Source: the human T2T-CHM13v2.0 reference genome, Homo sapiens. From it: DNA of 64,000 bases. Where the stretch lies: the NCBI RefSeq assembly GCF_009914755.1, contig NC_060937.1; one strand, 5' to 3'. Positions 34,750-51,575 of this stretch are shown in pieces. The translations under genes and the position numbers were made by a program. Every line of letters begins with the position of its first letter. Position 1 is the stretch's first letter. The notes under the pieces are model-generated. The model searched no databases. It was not told the DNA's origin and was given only the letters and a program-made list of their open reading frames with translations.

Positions 34750-37654
34750 GTTTGATGTTTGCCACCAATAATAGTGACTAGTAGAAGGAGACATTAAACA
34801 AACAGTGATGGCATTATTAATTAATTCTAATCATCATAAGTGCTATGAAGGAAAGGTGTTTTTTTTTGTTTTTGTTTTTGTTTTTGGTAGCAAGCAAGAA
34901 GATATCTGAGAAGCCTGAGACCCATGCCACAGTTCCCCCAAAGGAGCAAGGGAATGCTGGAAGTTACTGAAGGAGAGGAAAGCATGTAGAATCCCTGGAT
35001 CCAAGGCAAAGGAAGAAAGCACTAGAATTCAACTTGGGTCTGCAAAAATGAACCACAGGAAGACCTAGACAGGCTTTGGCATCGCTATCATGGTAACCTT
35101 TGCTACTCATAAACAACAATTCACAAGAACCTCAGGAAAGATTTGTATTGCTCCCATAACTTCTACACCAAATCCTGATAGGTTATGACTCCTCCATTCA
35201 CATGATGATAGCCCAGTGCAGGTCCCATCACTTCTCCTCTGGAATCCCATCCCAGATCCTGGCCTTCCACCTTTCAAATCTCTCCTTCTTTTTGCCAGCC
35301 AAGAGATTACTCAAAAATACCTAGTATGTTCATGTATGTGATCATGTCAATTCTCTTCCTTAAGTCCTTCAGGGCCACTCAATCACCTAAAGAAGTTCAT
35401 GCTCCCTAACAGACATAAAAGCACCCCATAATGTGGTCCTGACTGCTTCCCCGGTCTTGCTTCTACCTCTCACCACCTGCAACTTTGCATTCTAGCAACA
35501 TTGCACTGCTTGAAATTCTTCAACCAGACCAGGTGGTTCCATGTCTCTGTGCCTTTGCTCATGTACTGGGTCCTCTGGACCTGAAACACCCTTTCTCCTA
35601 CCCCTCTCCATTCTCCCCACTAATTCATCTTTAATGAGTGAGCTCAGATTTCATCTTTTCATTCAAGAACTTTCTTGGAGCCCCTGGGTTGAATAAGGAG
35701 CTCCTTTAATAACATGTATATACTTCTATCATAACACCACATTTTATTGAAATAATCTTTTTATGTCTTGGACTTACCCATTAAACTATTAATTCCTAGG
35801 GGAAGAAAAAGGTTGTGCCTAATTTATTTTGATATTTTCAGCACCTAGCAAAGTTCCAGCTGAAAATTAGGCTCTTATAAAATATGCTAAACTAAATTAT
35901 GTGTATAATGTTCTCATTAACATCAGCTACCAAATTATAACTTCTGGCTTTACTGAGGGACTTGATTTAATAATATGGATTCCTAATGTTTCTTCAAGAA
36001 TTGTCTCTTTCCCCTTATTCTTTGATAATTTTAATAATCAATAGGATCTTCCTAGAAAAGTTAGAGACAGAATTGATGGAGAAAATAGCAAGACAAGAAA
36101 AAGAAATATGAGGGAGTGATGTTGCTGTAAAAAAAGATGAGTCACAGATGGAGACATTTGCAAAATGCAGAAGGAAAGAGTAGGAAATGAGGAGGCTTAA
36201 TTATGGTGCATGATTCAACCACAGATTAGACTGCTGTATCTTCCTTCCAGTTTTCTTCACTTCTATTTAAACTATATAAATCTGGCTTCCTGATGTAATC
36301 TATTTCTAGTAATGTATATTTGGCCCTGACGTGTAATTCCTGTCATGGGCCACATCAACCTGTGAAAGACAAAAACCAGATTCCTGACAAGGTTTGGCAT
36401 GGGAGCCCCTGCCTGAATTCCCCGGGCCACCAGCAAGTAAGACTTGCAAAGGCCCTGGAAGAGGAGCAGGTTCCCAGCTAACTACAAGTCCTCAAGACTC
36501 AACTCCTTTCTGCATAAACTCTGCCAATAGTCCTCTATCTTTAACAGAGGAAGAAGGGTTGAAAAGCCAATAGCAGAGGGTTTTGATACTATATGTCCCT
36601 GGCTTAACCCCATTTGATAACTTCCCACTTTGTATGACCTTGAGTATGTTGTTTTACTTCTCCAAGCCCAGTTTCCTCATCTCAGAAATAGGGAAGTAAC
36701 ATTGCTTAATTCACAGGGGCTTTTTTAGTGACAAGTGAATGTTGATGTATTTGTGCTGCTCTTAGCACTGTGCCAGGAACGTAATGACTGCATTCAATAA
36801 ATGATACACATTCATTAACTCTTTCCAGCTGAAATAAATCTATTTTGGCCCATGATGGCCCATTAGGTCTTGTAACATGAGGCCTGACCCCAATACCCTC
36901 CTTTTGTGTAACTTGTACTGTATCTTCTAAGTAACCAAGGATGCAGCAAGCTCCTCTGCCCTGCCCTGGTCATCTTCGCAGAGATCATGACTCTCTCACT
37001 GTCTGGCCCACAGTATCACTGCCCCTCTGGAGCACTGGAATGATCCTGCTAACACCTAGGAAGATCCGTCTGTAAAGTATGCTAGACTTACTGCATTTGT
37101 ACTTTCAACCTTTGAGAGTTTGTATGCATCTATGTGTGCTGCTACATGGCTCATGTGTAGAAGCAAGTACTTAGCCAGTGAGTAAGCCTGACTGACTGTT
37201 CAGCCTCTACATCTTAATTAGTTTTTGTGAATTTAGGGATTCTGGATGTCTCAAAATGTTTCCTTTGCAAATGTCAAGGGTACCATGTATGTAGAGCCCA
37301 ATCTTCCAAAAAAAGCTCCATATGTCAGCTAGAAACAGAAGTATCTTAACTGAGTGAAGGTTGGAGGTTCCTGCATGAGGTTTCCACAAATGGGTTGTAG
37401 AAGGTCTTGGATTCTACAAGGTCTCGGTTTCTCTTAGGAGACCTTGGTCTCCTAAGGTCTTGATCTCTCTGGCAAAGTTAGTCCATAGTCATGACCCCTT
37501 TATGCTTCCTGCTGTTGGTAGATGTCATAGAAACCTAGCAAACAGTCAAATAGCACACTACCAAGACTGCCAGAGTAGGATTTCTTTTTAAAACCCAACA
37601 TTTCTGGGCACATGCAAATGTCATTTCCTCTGTGAATGTGAAGTCCCCTCGGAC

Positions 37655-37973
37655 TTTTCTCTTTTCTTTTTTTCTTTTTTTTTTTTTTTAGATGGAGCTC
37701 TGCTCTTGTCACCCAGTCTGGAGTACAACGGCATGATCTCATCTCACTACAACCTCCACCTCCTGGGTTCAAGCGATTCTCCTGCCTCAGCCTCCTGAGT
37801 GGCTGGGATTACAGGTACCCACCACCACGCCCAGCTAATTTTTTTGGATTTTTAGTAGAGACAGGGTTTCTCCATGTTGGCCAGGCTGGTCTCAAACTCC
37901 TGACCCCAGGTGATCCGCCCGCCTCAGCCTCCCAAAGAGCTGGGATTACAGGCATGAGCCACTGCACCTGGCC
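37655..37973 (-). mobile_element. Alu (AluS-like)
   Basis: TSD GGACTTTTCTC. Confidence 0.95.
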
Positions 37974-38062
37974 GGACTTTTCTCAAATAGTGTTCGCTAT
38001 TTCATACTCTGTGCTTCCAGAGCACTCTATGCACAACTCATTACAGCATTATAGCATTTTAG

Positions 38063-38441
38063 CTGTGGGTCTTTTAGTCAGGGCCATCCTAATAAAGACC
38101 ATAGTGGGTGGCTTATAAACAACAGAAATTTGTTTCTCACAGTTCTGGAAGCTGGAAGTCTGAGACCAAGGTGCCAGCATGGTCAGGCTCTGGTGAGGGC
38201 CCTTTTTCAGATCTCAGCCTGCCATCGTCTCATTTATACTCATGCTGGGGAAAGAGAACAAGAGAGGTCTCTGGGGTTCCTTTTACTGGAGATCTAATCC
38301 CCTTCCTGAAGGGATTTTATCTAATCCCCCACCTTCATGACTAATTACCTCCCAAAGGTCCCATCTCCTAATCACATCACATCGGGAGTTAGGATTTCAG
38401 CATATGAATTTCAGGGAAACACAAACGTTTAGTCCATAGCG
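38063..38441 (-). mobile_element. MLT1A/MST-type MaLR LTR
   Basis: GGTGGCTTATAAACAACAGAAATTTGTTTCTCACAGTTCTGG...TTTAGTCCATAGC. Confidence 0.8.
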
Positions 38442-39962
38442 GTCTCCTTCACCAGCCTTAGCTACTTGATAACAGAGACTCTATTTTAATCTTCATATCC
38501 CTAGTGCTTATCTTCTACAGTTTTTGGCATGTGGTTATTTCTTAATAATTTTTTTCCCCATAAGAATGAGCCAGGGAAGGCAGTACTCACAATGTGCTAG
38601 CAACTCTCCAAGCCATACTTCTATGGAATTGGGTAATACCTGCTAATTCCATAGAACAGAAAGTGGATAGATTACACAGCCCTAATTTTAGCTGTGGAGA
38701 GTTTTCCTGGACTCCTTATATAAGGGGATTCTCCCTAACCTTTCCTAGTGCCCCCTAGATTGACATCTCCTAAGGTCTTAGTTTCTCTGGCAAAGTTAGT
38801 CCACAAGGCATACTCTCATTATGCTTCCTGCTGTTGGTAGATGTCATAGAAACCTAGCAAATAGTCAGGTAGCACACTGCCAAGGCTGTCAGAATAAGAT
38901 TTATATTTTCAAAAAATTCTCAAAGATAGGAGCAAAAGCAGGTGTGCCCTTCTCTTGTGACCTGTCACATCCTAGGGCAGTACACAGAGACTCCCAAAAG
39001 TCTAGTCTCCAGAGGAAGAGCCTCAGACCTTTAAACTGAGTGACTGGGAAATACCAGCCCCTCCTCTGGCACAATCAGGGGCTGGGATCTCATAGCCACA
39101 TGATGGACGAAATCTTAGCTCCAACCCTGGTCCATCAGCCAAGCACTTACCATTAGGGAAGGAAATATTCTGGGGTCCAAACTGTATGGCTGCAGATATA
39201 TAATATGGCAGGTCAGTGGCATGGTTTGTACTGCAGCATTCATGGCTGGAGTAGCACCAGCCCCTCCCCTGGCATAATCAGTGATCTTGAGATCACAGCT
39301 TACATGCTGTGGTAGGCAGGTGACCTTTTTGGCCACTTCGAGGTTCATGACCTGAATTACTCAACTGTGGCTGCTTTCACGTAGCTTTGCAGGAGGAAAG
39401 CCTAGGGGCGATTAGTACTGGACAAGTTAAACCCTGGTCTTTCAATGGACTTAGTCAATCCTTGTATGGTCTTGACTCATTAGCATCTGCTAATCCCTCT
39501 GAGTCTGAGTAAAATTAATCGGTCAAATTCACATTGAATTACTTCTTAAAAACAAAGTTATTAACACTCCTGTCTCTAAAATTAAAAGTGATCATTAAGC
39601 CTGCAAGGGTAGCAGCACCGTCTAACAGCCCAATGCATCTCTAGTGCCTATGCTACTGCTTTTGTTGAGTGAACGAAAGAATATTTTTAATTATGGGAAT
39701 TAGACATCATTTTGGTTTGACTTTAAATAAAATGGGATTCAAATGTGTTTGCTATTTCCTAAAAGTAAATGATCCTGACAACTATAATGAGTAGTATTTA
39801 AAAAGGTCATCATTTTTATACCCTACCTCTCTACTCACCCCAGCAATCAAATAGTACCCTAATATCTACTTCCTGTCACGTGTTAAGTTTATCTAGAATA
39901 AAGGGCCATGGATTTAGTGAGAATCTAAGAAACAGCAGGAGCACGCAGGTCCTGCTTCACTA

Positions 39963-40284
<322 letters not shown>

Positions 40285-40859
40285 TCATTGGAGGCATCAT
40301 TGGAGGGCTTACTTACATCAGGAGCCTGCAAGGGGCATTTTCCAGACCTCCTGTCATGACAGCATGTCCTTATAAGATGGCACATTAGAATCAGCTGGAG
40401 ATTTGATAAAAACAAACTAACAAACAACAACCAGATTTAGACCCCATTCCTAAAGATTCTAATTTAATTGGTTTGGGGTGGGGTGTGGGTATGACTGTAA
40501 TCTGAAGGCAAACCATGTGTAAGCTGAATATGGTTTGTGCTGCTGCTGAGAACTACACAATACAAAGCATTGCCTGCATCTTGATGCCAATGTGGGAACT
40601 GATTTTCACTGTTTATATAGAAATAAAGTAAATACAGAAACCCAGAGCATTTAGAAATTTTTATAGTAAACTTACTGGGTAAATTATGTCTTTTAAATCT
40701 AATAAGAAGGTATCAAATATTATATTTCTAGTCTCTTATTTTTCATGTTATTTCATTTTTCTAGTAACAAAATTCATTTGTATTGTATTTAAAACAATAC
40801 CAATTCATAATGGATTAAATATTAAAAACCGAAAAACCTAGCCCTTCACCTCAGTTTGC

Positions 40860-40908
40860 TCTATCTCTGTCTGTCTCTGTTTCTCTCTCACTCTCTCTCT
40901 CTGTCACT

Positions 40909-40949
<41 letters not shown>

Positions 40950-41235
40950 CACACAGCAGAACTAGCAGAGAAGAGCAATAGTTACCAGCCTTCTTTGAGA
41001 ATTTAGTCTGCTCTTTATTGCTCTGTCCCTGGCTCCCAGGGACAAAAAAGGGGGAAAGAAGAAAAATAAAAGAGGAAGAAAAGAAAAAAAAAGAGAAGAA
41101 ATAAAAGGAAGAAAGGAGACAACAAAAGAAAAAAGAAGGAAAAAAGAAGGAGGGAAGGAAGGAAGGAACGGAGGGAGGGAGGGAAGAAGGGAGGAAGGGA
41201 GGGAGGGAGGGAAGGAAGTAGGGAGAAGGAAGAGA
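40860..41235. repeat. (CT)n/(CA)n microsatellite followed by a polypurine low-complexity tract
   Basis: Read directly. Confidence 0.9.
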
Positions 41236-42005
41236 GTCATCTCACATTGACTGTGGCAATGCTGTATAAATTGATATTACAGGCCTTTCTTCTCACAGCC
41301 AGGAGAAGGTGGAGTGAATCTGTATACAGCATTTTTAGGGTCTGTATCTTCCCTTGCTCTGCACTTGTGTTCTGATGGTTTCAAGTTATTCTCCAATATG
41401 GTATTGACTCAAAACGTTGACTCAGAGAACTGGATTAGAGGAAGTACATTGAACTGGGAACCGAAAGCCTTGAGTTCCACTCTTATTCTGCCATTAACCA
41501 GCAGTGTGATGTGGGAAAGCTGCCAGATTGGTGAACTCCAGCTTTTTCATCAGAAGATGAAAGAGTAGGGCTTGACCCTTTTTAAGCATTGTGCCACAGT
41601 TGTATTTTGTTTCAAGCTTTTGCCTGCCTTTTGTTTCTTAAATATAACTAATTCTAAAAAAAAAAGAGCAAGATTAAAATCTAATATTGACCTTTTGCTT
41701 TTAATTATTTAGGATGAGACGAAAGGTAAAGTTTTTGTTGTTTTTGCTTTGGTTTTTGCACATGGTCTTGGCTTCTTGGAATATAAATATAGTGCATATC
41801 AAATCCTATCTCTTGAGCATTATTAAATGAGAAAATAAGTATGTAGTCAGCAGAGTGAGTAGTTCTCAATAAGTGGAAGCAATAATTATTATTCAAAAAT
41901 TTTAAATATTAATTTAATGAAGATTACTTATGAATGAAAAGCATCTAATAGATACCTGTTTTCCACATTTGCATTGTTCTTTATTCCATTAAAAGATTCA
42001 GAAGT

Positions 42006-42304
<299 letters not shown>

Positions 42305-42649
42305 GAGATTCAGAAGCTCAGTGATGGTTGAGGTTTTACTAATTTGGGAGACACAGCTTTGGTTTGAGTTTTCAAGAGTTGCTTTGTTGATAAGAATATT
42401 TTAATAATGATTTTCCCGTTAATCTTTCTAAATTGTTCAGATAATAAATACTGTTCCCATTGAATGTCTAACCAAACACCCGTTAGTTTTCTGACTACTC
42501 TTTTAAAAATTCCTTTAGCTGTCTTAAGAGCATTTTACAGTAGAAAAAGATATTCCTTTCTGTGCAAGACAGTTTGGCCCTTAGGGGAAGAAATCTTTCA
42601 AAGGCAAAACCAGAAACTTTACAATGTTATAGTGAAGACTAATTCACTC

Positions 42650-42986
<337 letters not shown>

Positions 42987-43511
42987 TAAAATGAACCAGG
43001 GCTCATTGGAAAAGTTATAGGACTATGGTAGGAAATAAACATGGTAAGCCTGGGGCATTGTGTGGTACCCAAAAGTAAGGAACTGCTCAAAAAATAAGAG
43101 GATGAGGACATGTTAAAGAACACAAGAGCCAACTTGGAAGAGCCCCTAATCTCCAAAGGTGTAACAATTGGAGTGACAATAACATAATATTGGATGTCTA
43201 ACCCAAAATATAAATAAACCCATATCAATTCTACAAATAGCTGATTAAATCAATAAATGGAAGAGACACATCTTCCTTACAAAAGAATTCCAAATAATAT
43301 ATGTAGATATGCCCTCCTCCCAGAGACGGAGCTTCATTACTCCTCATCCCACCCTCTTGAGTATGGGATGGACTCACTGAATCATTTAGTAAATAGAATA
43401 TGGAAAGGGAAAAACAGTGACTTTACAGTGGAGAACACTGACAAACATTACCTTCACCAACTAATCAAGATTAACATCACCAGTGATTCAGCAGTTTGAT
43501 GCCATATCCTC

Positions 43512-43851
43512 TGTCTTAGTTTGGGCTGCTATAACAAATCACCATAGACTAGGTGGCTTAAAAAACAAACATTTACTTCTCACAATTCTGGAGGCTGAAA
43601 GTCTGAAATCATGGTGCTGGCACAGTCAGGTTCTGCTGAGGATTCTCTTCCAGACTGCAGACTGCACAATGGCAGAAAAAGGGCTAAACACCTCTCTGGA
43701 GCCTCTTTTATAAGGGCACTAATCCCATTCATGAGGGCTCCACCCTCATGAGCTAATCCCCTCCCAACCACCCCACCTCCTAATTCTGTCACATTGGGTA
43801 TTAGGATTTCAATATGAATTTTGAGGGGACACAAACATCTAGCTCATAACA
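43512..43851 (-). mobile_element. MLT1A/MST-type MaLR LTR
   Basis: TGTCTTAGTTTGGGCTGCTATAACAAA...GGGGACACAAACATCTAGCTCATAACA. Confidence 0.85.
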
Positions 43852-44000
43852 CCCTGTGATATACTGTTGTGAGAAGGGCACTTCACTTCCCTGACATTAT
43901 CTTCAGAACTCTGTAACCTCAGTTCGACTCTGATGAAACACTGGACAAATACGCATTGAAGGACATTCTATAAACACCTCCCCAATACTCCTAAAAAATG

Positions 44001-44293
44001 TCAGGCACAGTGGCTCACTCCTGTAATCCCAGCACTTTGGGAGGCTGAGGCAGGCTGATCACTTGAGGTCAGGAGTTCAAGACCAGCCTGGCCAACATGG
44101 TGAAACCCTGTTTCTACTAAAAATACAAAAATTAGTTGGGCATGGTGGGGTGCACCTGTAGTCCCAGCTACTCAGGCTGCTGAAGCAGGAGAATCACTTG
44201 ATCCCAGGAGGCGGAAGTTGCAGTGAGCTGAGATTGCACCACTGTACTCCAGCATGGGCGACAGGAGCAAGACTCCGTCTCAAAAAAAAAAAA
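44001..44293 (+). mobile_element. Alu (AluS-like)
   Basis: Dimer with A tail. Confidence 0.93.
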
Positions 44294-45157
44294 AGTCAAA
44301 GTCATTACAAACAAAGAAAGTCTGAGCAACTATCAGAGCCAAGAGGAGCCTGAGGAGACATGATTAAATGTAATGTGGTATCCTGAAGCAGAAAAACAGA
44401 CATTAGGAAAAAACTCATGAAATGCAATCAAGTATGGAGTTTAGTTAACAGTAATGAACACATATTTGATTCCTTAGTAGTAATAAATGTACCATAGTAA
44501 TGTAAAAGGTTAACAACAGGGGAAACTGAATGAAGGATATACAGGAACTCTTTGTTCAGGTACTGTTTTCAACTTTTCTGTAGGTCTGAAACTATTTGTA
44601 AAATAGTTTACTTACTTTTTTTTTTTACAGTGAATGCTACTTGATAGTTTGTGTAAAGGTGTTTATTAGCCACTTGACTGAGAGCAGGCAGGAACACAGC
44701 ACTGAAAACAAGTCTCATACATAATAAGCGGTCAACAACCTCTATTGAATAAATGTAATAACTATCAAATATTTATACACAATATAAGTTATAAGCTATT
44801 TATTTGCAATTAAAAGCAGTTTTTAAAATCCTTAAATTTTAAGGTTATAGGAGAAATTACTCAAAAAGAGGAAAAAAATGTTTTCATTTACTGAAAGTTT
44901 CCAAAATATATTCAAACCAGGGATAATTTAAGGAAAGTTACAGAGGAGGTGGCATATGCAATCAGTTAGGAAGCTGCCCAGCCAAATGGAACATTGCTGA
45001 AAGGGAAAATGGAGAAGATCTGATTAAAAGTAGGTATGTTTTCTTTTGGGAACTTTAAAAATTGTTACCATTTCCTCTTCTGTCTCTTGTTTGTTGTGGT
45101 GAGCTCTAGGCTTCTTCCTTTCTCTTGTTTCTCTTGTTTTATTTTTATTTTTGCTTT

Positions 45158-45440
45158 ATATATATAGATGTATATCTACATATATTTTATAAATATATAT
45201 GTTTAAATATATAAAATATATTTATAATATAAATATATTTATAATATAAATATAAATATATAACTAAACTTTTAAAATATAAATATATTAATATATATTT
45301 ATATATAAAATATATACAATATTGATTGACTTGTATTTGATAATACTTGTCAATTGACAAGTAGAACTTGATTTAGATACTGGCTTTGTCATATAATGGC
45401 TATGTAACCTTGGACCAATTTTTATATATATATATTTTTT
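45158..45440. repeat. AT-rich/(TA)n low-complexity tract containing a short unique insert
   Basis: Read directly. Confidence 0.85.
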
Positions 45441-45787
45441 TCCTTGTGGTCTATCTCACATTTTGTTTTTTTCTTTCTTACTACTCTGATTTTCTTTTGT
45501 CTCTCCTTTTCCCCCCTTATGATCTGGCAGCCCCAGGCTGAAGCTTGCTTCCCTTTCATGTGAATGACTCAGCCCCTGTCTTCTGTTCTCAAGCACCTGG
45601 CTTGGGCCCATCCTTTACTTATCAGCATTTTCTTTAAGGACACTTGCAGGCATTTATGAAGTATTTTGCGATTCGCTCTTCATATGTTCTCTACATCTGA
45701 AAACAGATGCAGCTCATCGGGCTTGTTAATTCACAAATCTGGGAAACATTGTAGACTTCAGTGACAGAACTTACTTTCTATGAGTAA

Positions 45788-46167
<380 letters not shown>

Positions 46168-47155
46168 AACTCTGCCAAACATTTTTATCCTTTTCTTTAG
46201 AATGTATTTTTTAAAGCTTTATCAGTTTTCACTTCATTTTTTTGCCCCCAAAATCTGAAAACTTGATTTCTGGTCTCCTACCAGGGAGATTCTAGACAAG
46301 TCATATAGTTTTTCAAGTCTCCATGTACCTAGTTGTAAAATGGAAATCATCTATAATACCTTACATGGCAGGAGAGACAATCCCAATTGACTAGATGGCC
46401 CTTCCAGGTAGATATAAAATCGAAGATTCTAAGTTGGAATTAGAATTTGAGAGGCAACTCTATGTACATTTCTATTTATAGGCTATGAAACAAAATAAAA
46501 ATACAAGATATAATCTCTGCCTTTCAGGAATTTTCCATTTTGTTTGGTATATAAGGCATTCACATAATGTAGCTAAATACATCGGGATGAATTATATGCT
46601 TGAATGTATGAGTTCCACAGATAGTAAGTGCTATAAAATTTGGAGAAGTTAGAGATCACTGAGGGCTGAAATGGTTCCTGGGGATCTTTCGGAAGTTAGG
46701 AAGCCATCATGTTACAAAACAACGTAAACTTTACTCTCAAGTAGAATTTGATTCAGCTACTGGCTGTCATATAATGGCTATGTGACCTTGGACCAGTTAC
46801 ATTTTTCTTACCTTCATGGAAATAAAGATAAAGTCTTAGTTTGTAGAATTGTCATAGAGTTAAGAAATACTGTGATAGAACACAAGATTGCTTAGCAGAA
46901 GAACTAATAAACATGCTCTCTAGTTGGAAGTGAGGATGATAGGAGGAATCAAGGATAAAGCAGAGTAGTGTAGATGCTTTTAATGAAAATGGGGAATCTT
47001 AAAGAAGCATTCAATTAAAAGAAAAGGAGATGAGTTTGATTTTGTCTGTGGTAAATTTTAGGAAATAATAGGAATCCCAGTATGAGTTTATCTGAAAAGA
47101 GCCAGAGAGATAATTCTGGGCTTAGAACAAGGAACTCAAATTTTCACTTCATCTA

Positions 47156-47564
<409 letters not shown>

Positions 47565-47812
47565 TATATATATAATATATACATACTTATATATAACATA
47601 TACATACTTATATATATATAATATATACCTAATAGAAGTATTCTCATTTGTAAACTAAAAACTACATCCATCATGCATTTACTAAAAACTAAATCTATTA
47701 GGTATTTCTGAGTCTGAGCATTTTCTCACCATTTATAAATTTTTTCTGTTTTCATGGTACTTTATGTCTTTTACTTTCTCTCTCTCTCTCCTCTGTCTTC
47801 AATCCTTTCTTC

Positions 47813-48632
<820 letters not shown>

Positions 48633-48799
48633 CTTCTTTCCTTTCATCTTAAAGAAATAATATAAAACTCAGGAGAGTAAAGAAACCTGTCTTATTCCAT
48701 TAAGCCCTCTAGTACATAATATATTACCTTGCACATGGTAAGCACTCAATAAATTTCTGTGAATAAAGGAATAATGAATTGTTTATTTTTTGACAAGCT

Positions 48800-50160
48800 A
48801 TTTTTTGACAGGTATGTGTACTAAATGTTGGAAATTTCAGCAGGCAAGAAATATGAGAGAGAAGGTCCCAGCCTTCCCAACGCTTATGTGCAGCATAGGC
48901 AAGAAAATAAGCGTGGCTCAGGCAAGTGTGAAGTCGACAGCTGGTTTGAAAGAGCTGCGTGGGTTCTGGGGAGATACAGGAAGCCCTGCTCTGGGAGATG
49001 AGGTAGAAGGACTGAGCACACTTCAGGCAGAGAGGTGACAGTAGCAAAGGCCCTGTGCTACGACGCAGAATGGCACATTCCAGAATCTGAAACAAAGTCA
49101 GTGAAACTGGAAATGAGAGAATGGGAAGAGTGTCACTTAAAAAGGCTGAAGAACTAACTAATCAGGGGACAGATGAAGTGCTTCAGGGAACATGTTGCTA
49201 ATTTTGCACCTTTTCTTAGGGATAAACAAAAGCCACTGAATTGTTTTTAAAGAAAGAACAGACTCTGGAGCCAGACTGCCCAGATTCATGTGTCTGTCAC
49301 TACATATTAACAGTAGGACATGGAGCAAAGCGCTTCCCTTGTCTTTTCTTCAGTGTCCTTATATGTAAAATGGGGATAATAACAGTACTTGCAGCAAAAG
49401 GTTCCAAGAATTGAATCAGTGAGAACAGACAAAAAACTGAGTACCTGAGTATCATGAGCACTATATAAAAGTTGATGTATACACATGCACACACGTGTAC
49501 ACACACACACACACACACACTCATACATGTATACATACATATTTGTATAATTTTTTTAACAAAGAGATGTATGATCACATTTTTATTTTTAAAGACACTA
49601 CTCTGCTACCGTTGGGGGATCACATTGGAGGCAGGCCTGAGTGGATGCAAAGCTAGGCAAATGTCTAATGGATTGGTCCAGGGAAAGGAGGCTGCTCACT
49701 GCTAGACTGGGGTGGATACTGGAGATGGAGAGAAATAGACTGATTGAAGACTTATATACTGGTAAAACACAAAGGAGCATGTGATTGAATTGATATGTTG
49801 CAAGGGAAGAGGAAATCATAGGGAAACAATCAAAACAAAGGTGACTTGCAAATTTCAAGTGATGCCATTGTGATGCCATTTCTGTTGGGAATGAGAGGGG
49901 ACAAGCAGAGTTTATGAGGAAAGTCAAGTTCAGTGGGCAATGGAGATACAGATATAATATAGATATAAATATAGCTAAATGGATATTTGGAGTTTAGAAG
50001 AAATTATCAGGCTAGAGGTATAATTTGAGGGCCATTAACCATATTAAATATGCTAGGAACTGGACCTACAAAAGCGGATAATGTCATGTAAGTAAAAAAT
50101 GAAGAATGAGAAGAAAAAAAGGGCCTTCCCCTTCTGGGACTCCAACTACAAATGGTCCCA
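48800..50160. mobile_element. L2 fragments with an inserted MIR and a (CA)n tract
   Basis: AGCAAAGGCCCTG...ATGGCACATTCCAG L2-like text; MIR core TGTAAAATGGGGATAATAACAGTAC near 49365. Confidence 0.55.
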
Positions 50161-51353
50161 GAGAAGGAAAAGGGTCAGACCTGGCAATTGATGTTAATAT
50201 CCAGACCTTGACCTCACTAACACAGGATTACCTAAAGAAGGCAGTGGTCACCCACCATGCACAAAATTATTGGCTGTCTCCAATATCACAAGAAACAGTA
50301 TGACTTTATCAAAGCACCCAAAAGCAAACTGCTGATGGAACCTTCAAATCAAAGCAAGAATAGTGCCCCAGTTGTATTAGCTAAACAGCATGTGAGTTCC
50401 TTGACAACAGGCATTTGTACTCTCAGTTCCATGGACAAAATTCAGAATTCAAGTAAAAAAAACCTGTTGCTCGTTGAAATCTGGCTGACACCTAGCCCTA
50501 ATCATAATTTTCAACTCAATTCATAGATTTATTTTTGCCTCCTCTGAAAACAAATCTTTAATTTCAAGATTTCTGTCAATGGAAAGCAACATAATTTGAA
50601 AGGTAAAATCATTTTCTCTAACATAACATCAGGTAGTCAGAAATAAATGTAAAGTGTAATTCAAGACCCACAATTATACGGTAGCTCCATCTAATATACA
50701 TTGATAATGCCATTTTTAGCATTTTGGAAACCAAATGATAACGGAATTCTTTAAAACACATTCTTTCTTTCATTCAGCCAATATTTATAATGTTACGTGG
50801 AGGCTAGGAAGAGAACTAATACAAAGGCCTTGGCCTCCAGGAATTTACAAAGTCAAGTTAAGGAGTAGGTAGGTAAATGAGCCGAAATAATATAAAATGC
50901 TAATAGAGATAGGAAGAGGGAATTTTGCCTAAGGCCTGGGAGAAACTGATTCTGCCTGAAGCTGTCTGAAAAGACTTCCTAAAGCAGGATCTTTACATCT
51001 CAGTAGGCAAATAGGTAGGAAAGAACATTCCAGAGATAAGGAATAGTAATGCAAAGTCACTAAGAATAAAGGGTGCAGCATATTCAAGGAACAAGAGAAA
51101 GTTTATGCAGTTAGAATTTAAAGTGAGAGAAAAAGACAGCAAAGGCCTGGGGATATGGGCCAATTTGTAAAAGACTTCATAGACTAGGTTTAAAAAGTTG
51201 GGGCTTTTCTCTTTTAGAATGGCTGGCAGCCAGAGTGATGTGATCCAATTTTTCTTCAGGATGACAACCTGAACAGCATTTGGGAGAGTAATTTGCAAGA
51301 GGAAGAGAATATCGGGAGAGGAACTAGTTAGGAAATTTGTAATAATCCAGTTA

Positions 51354-51575
<222 letters not shown>

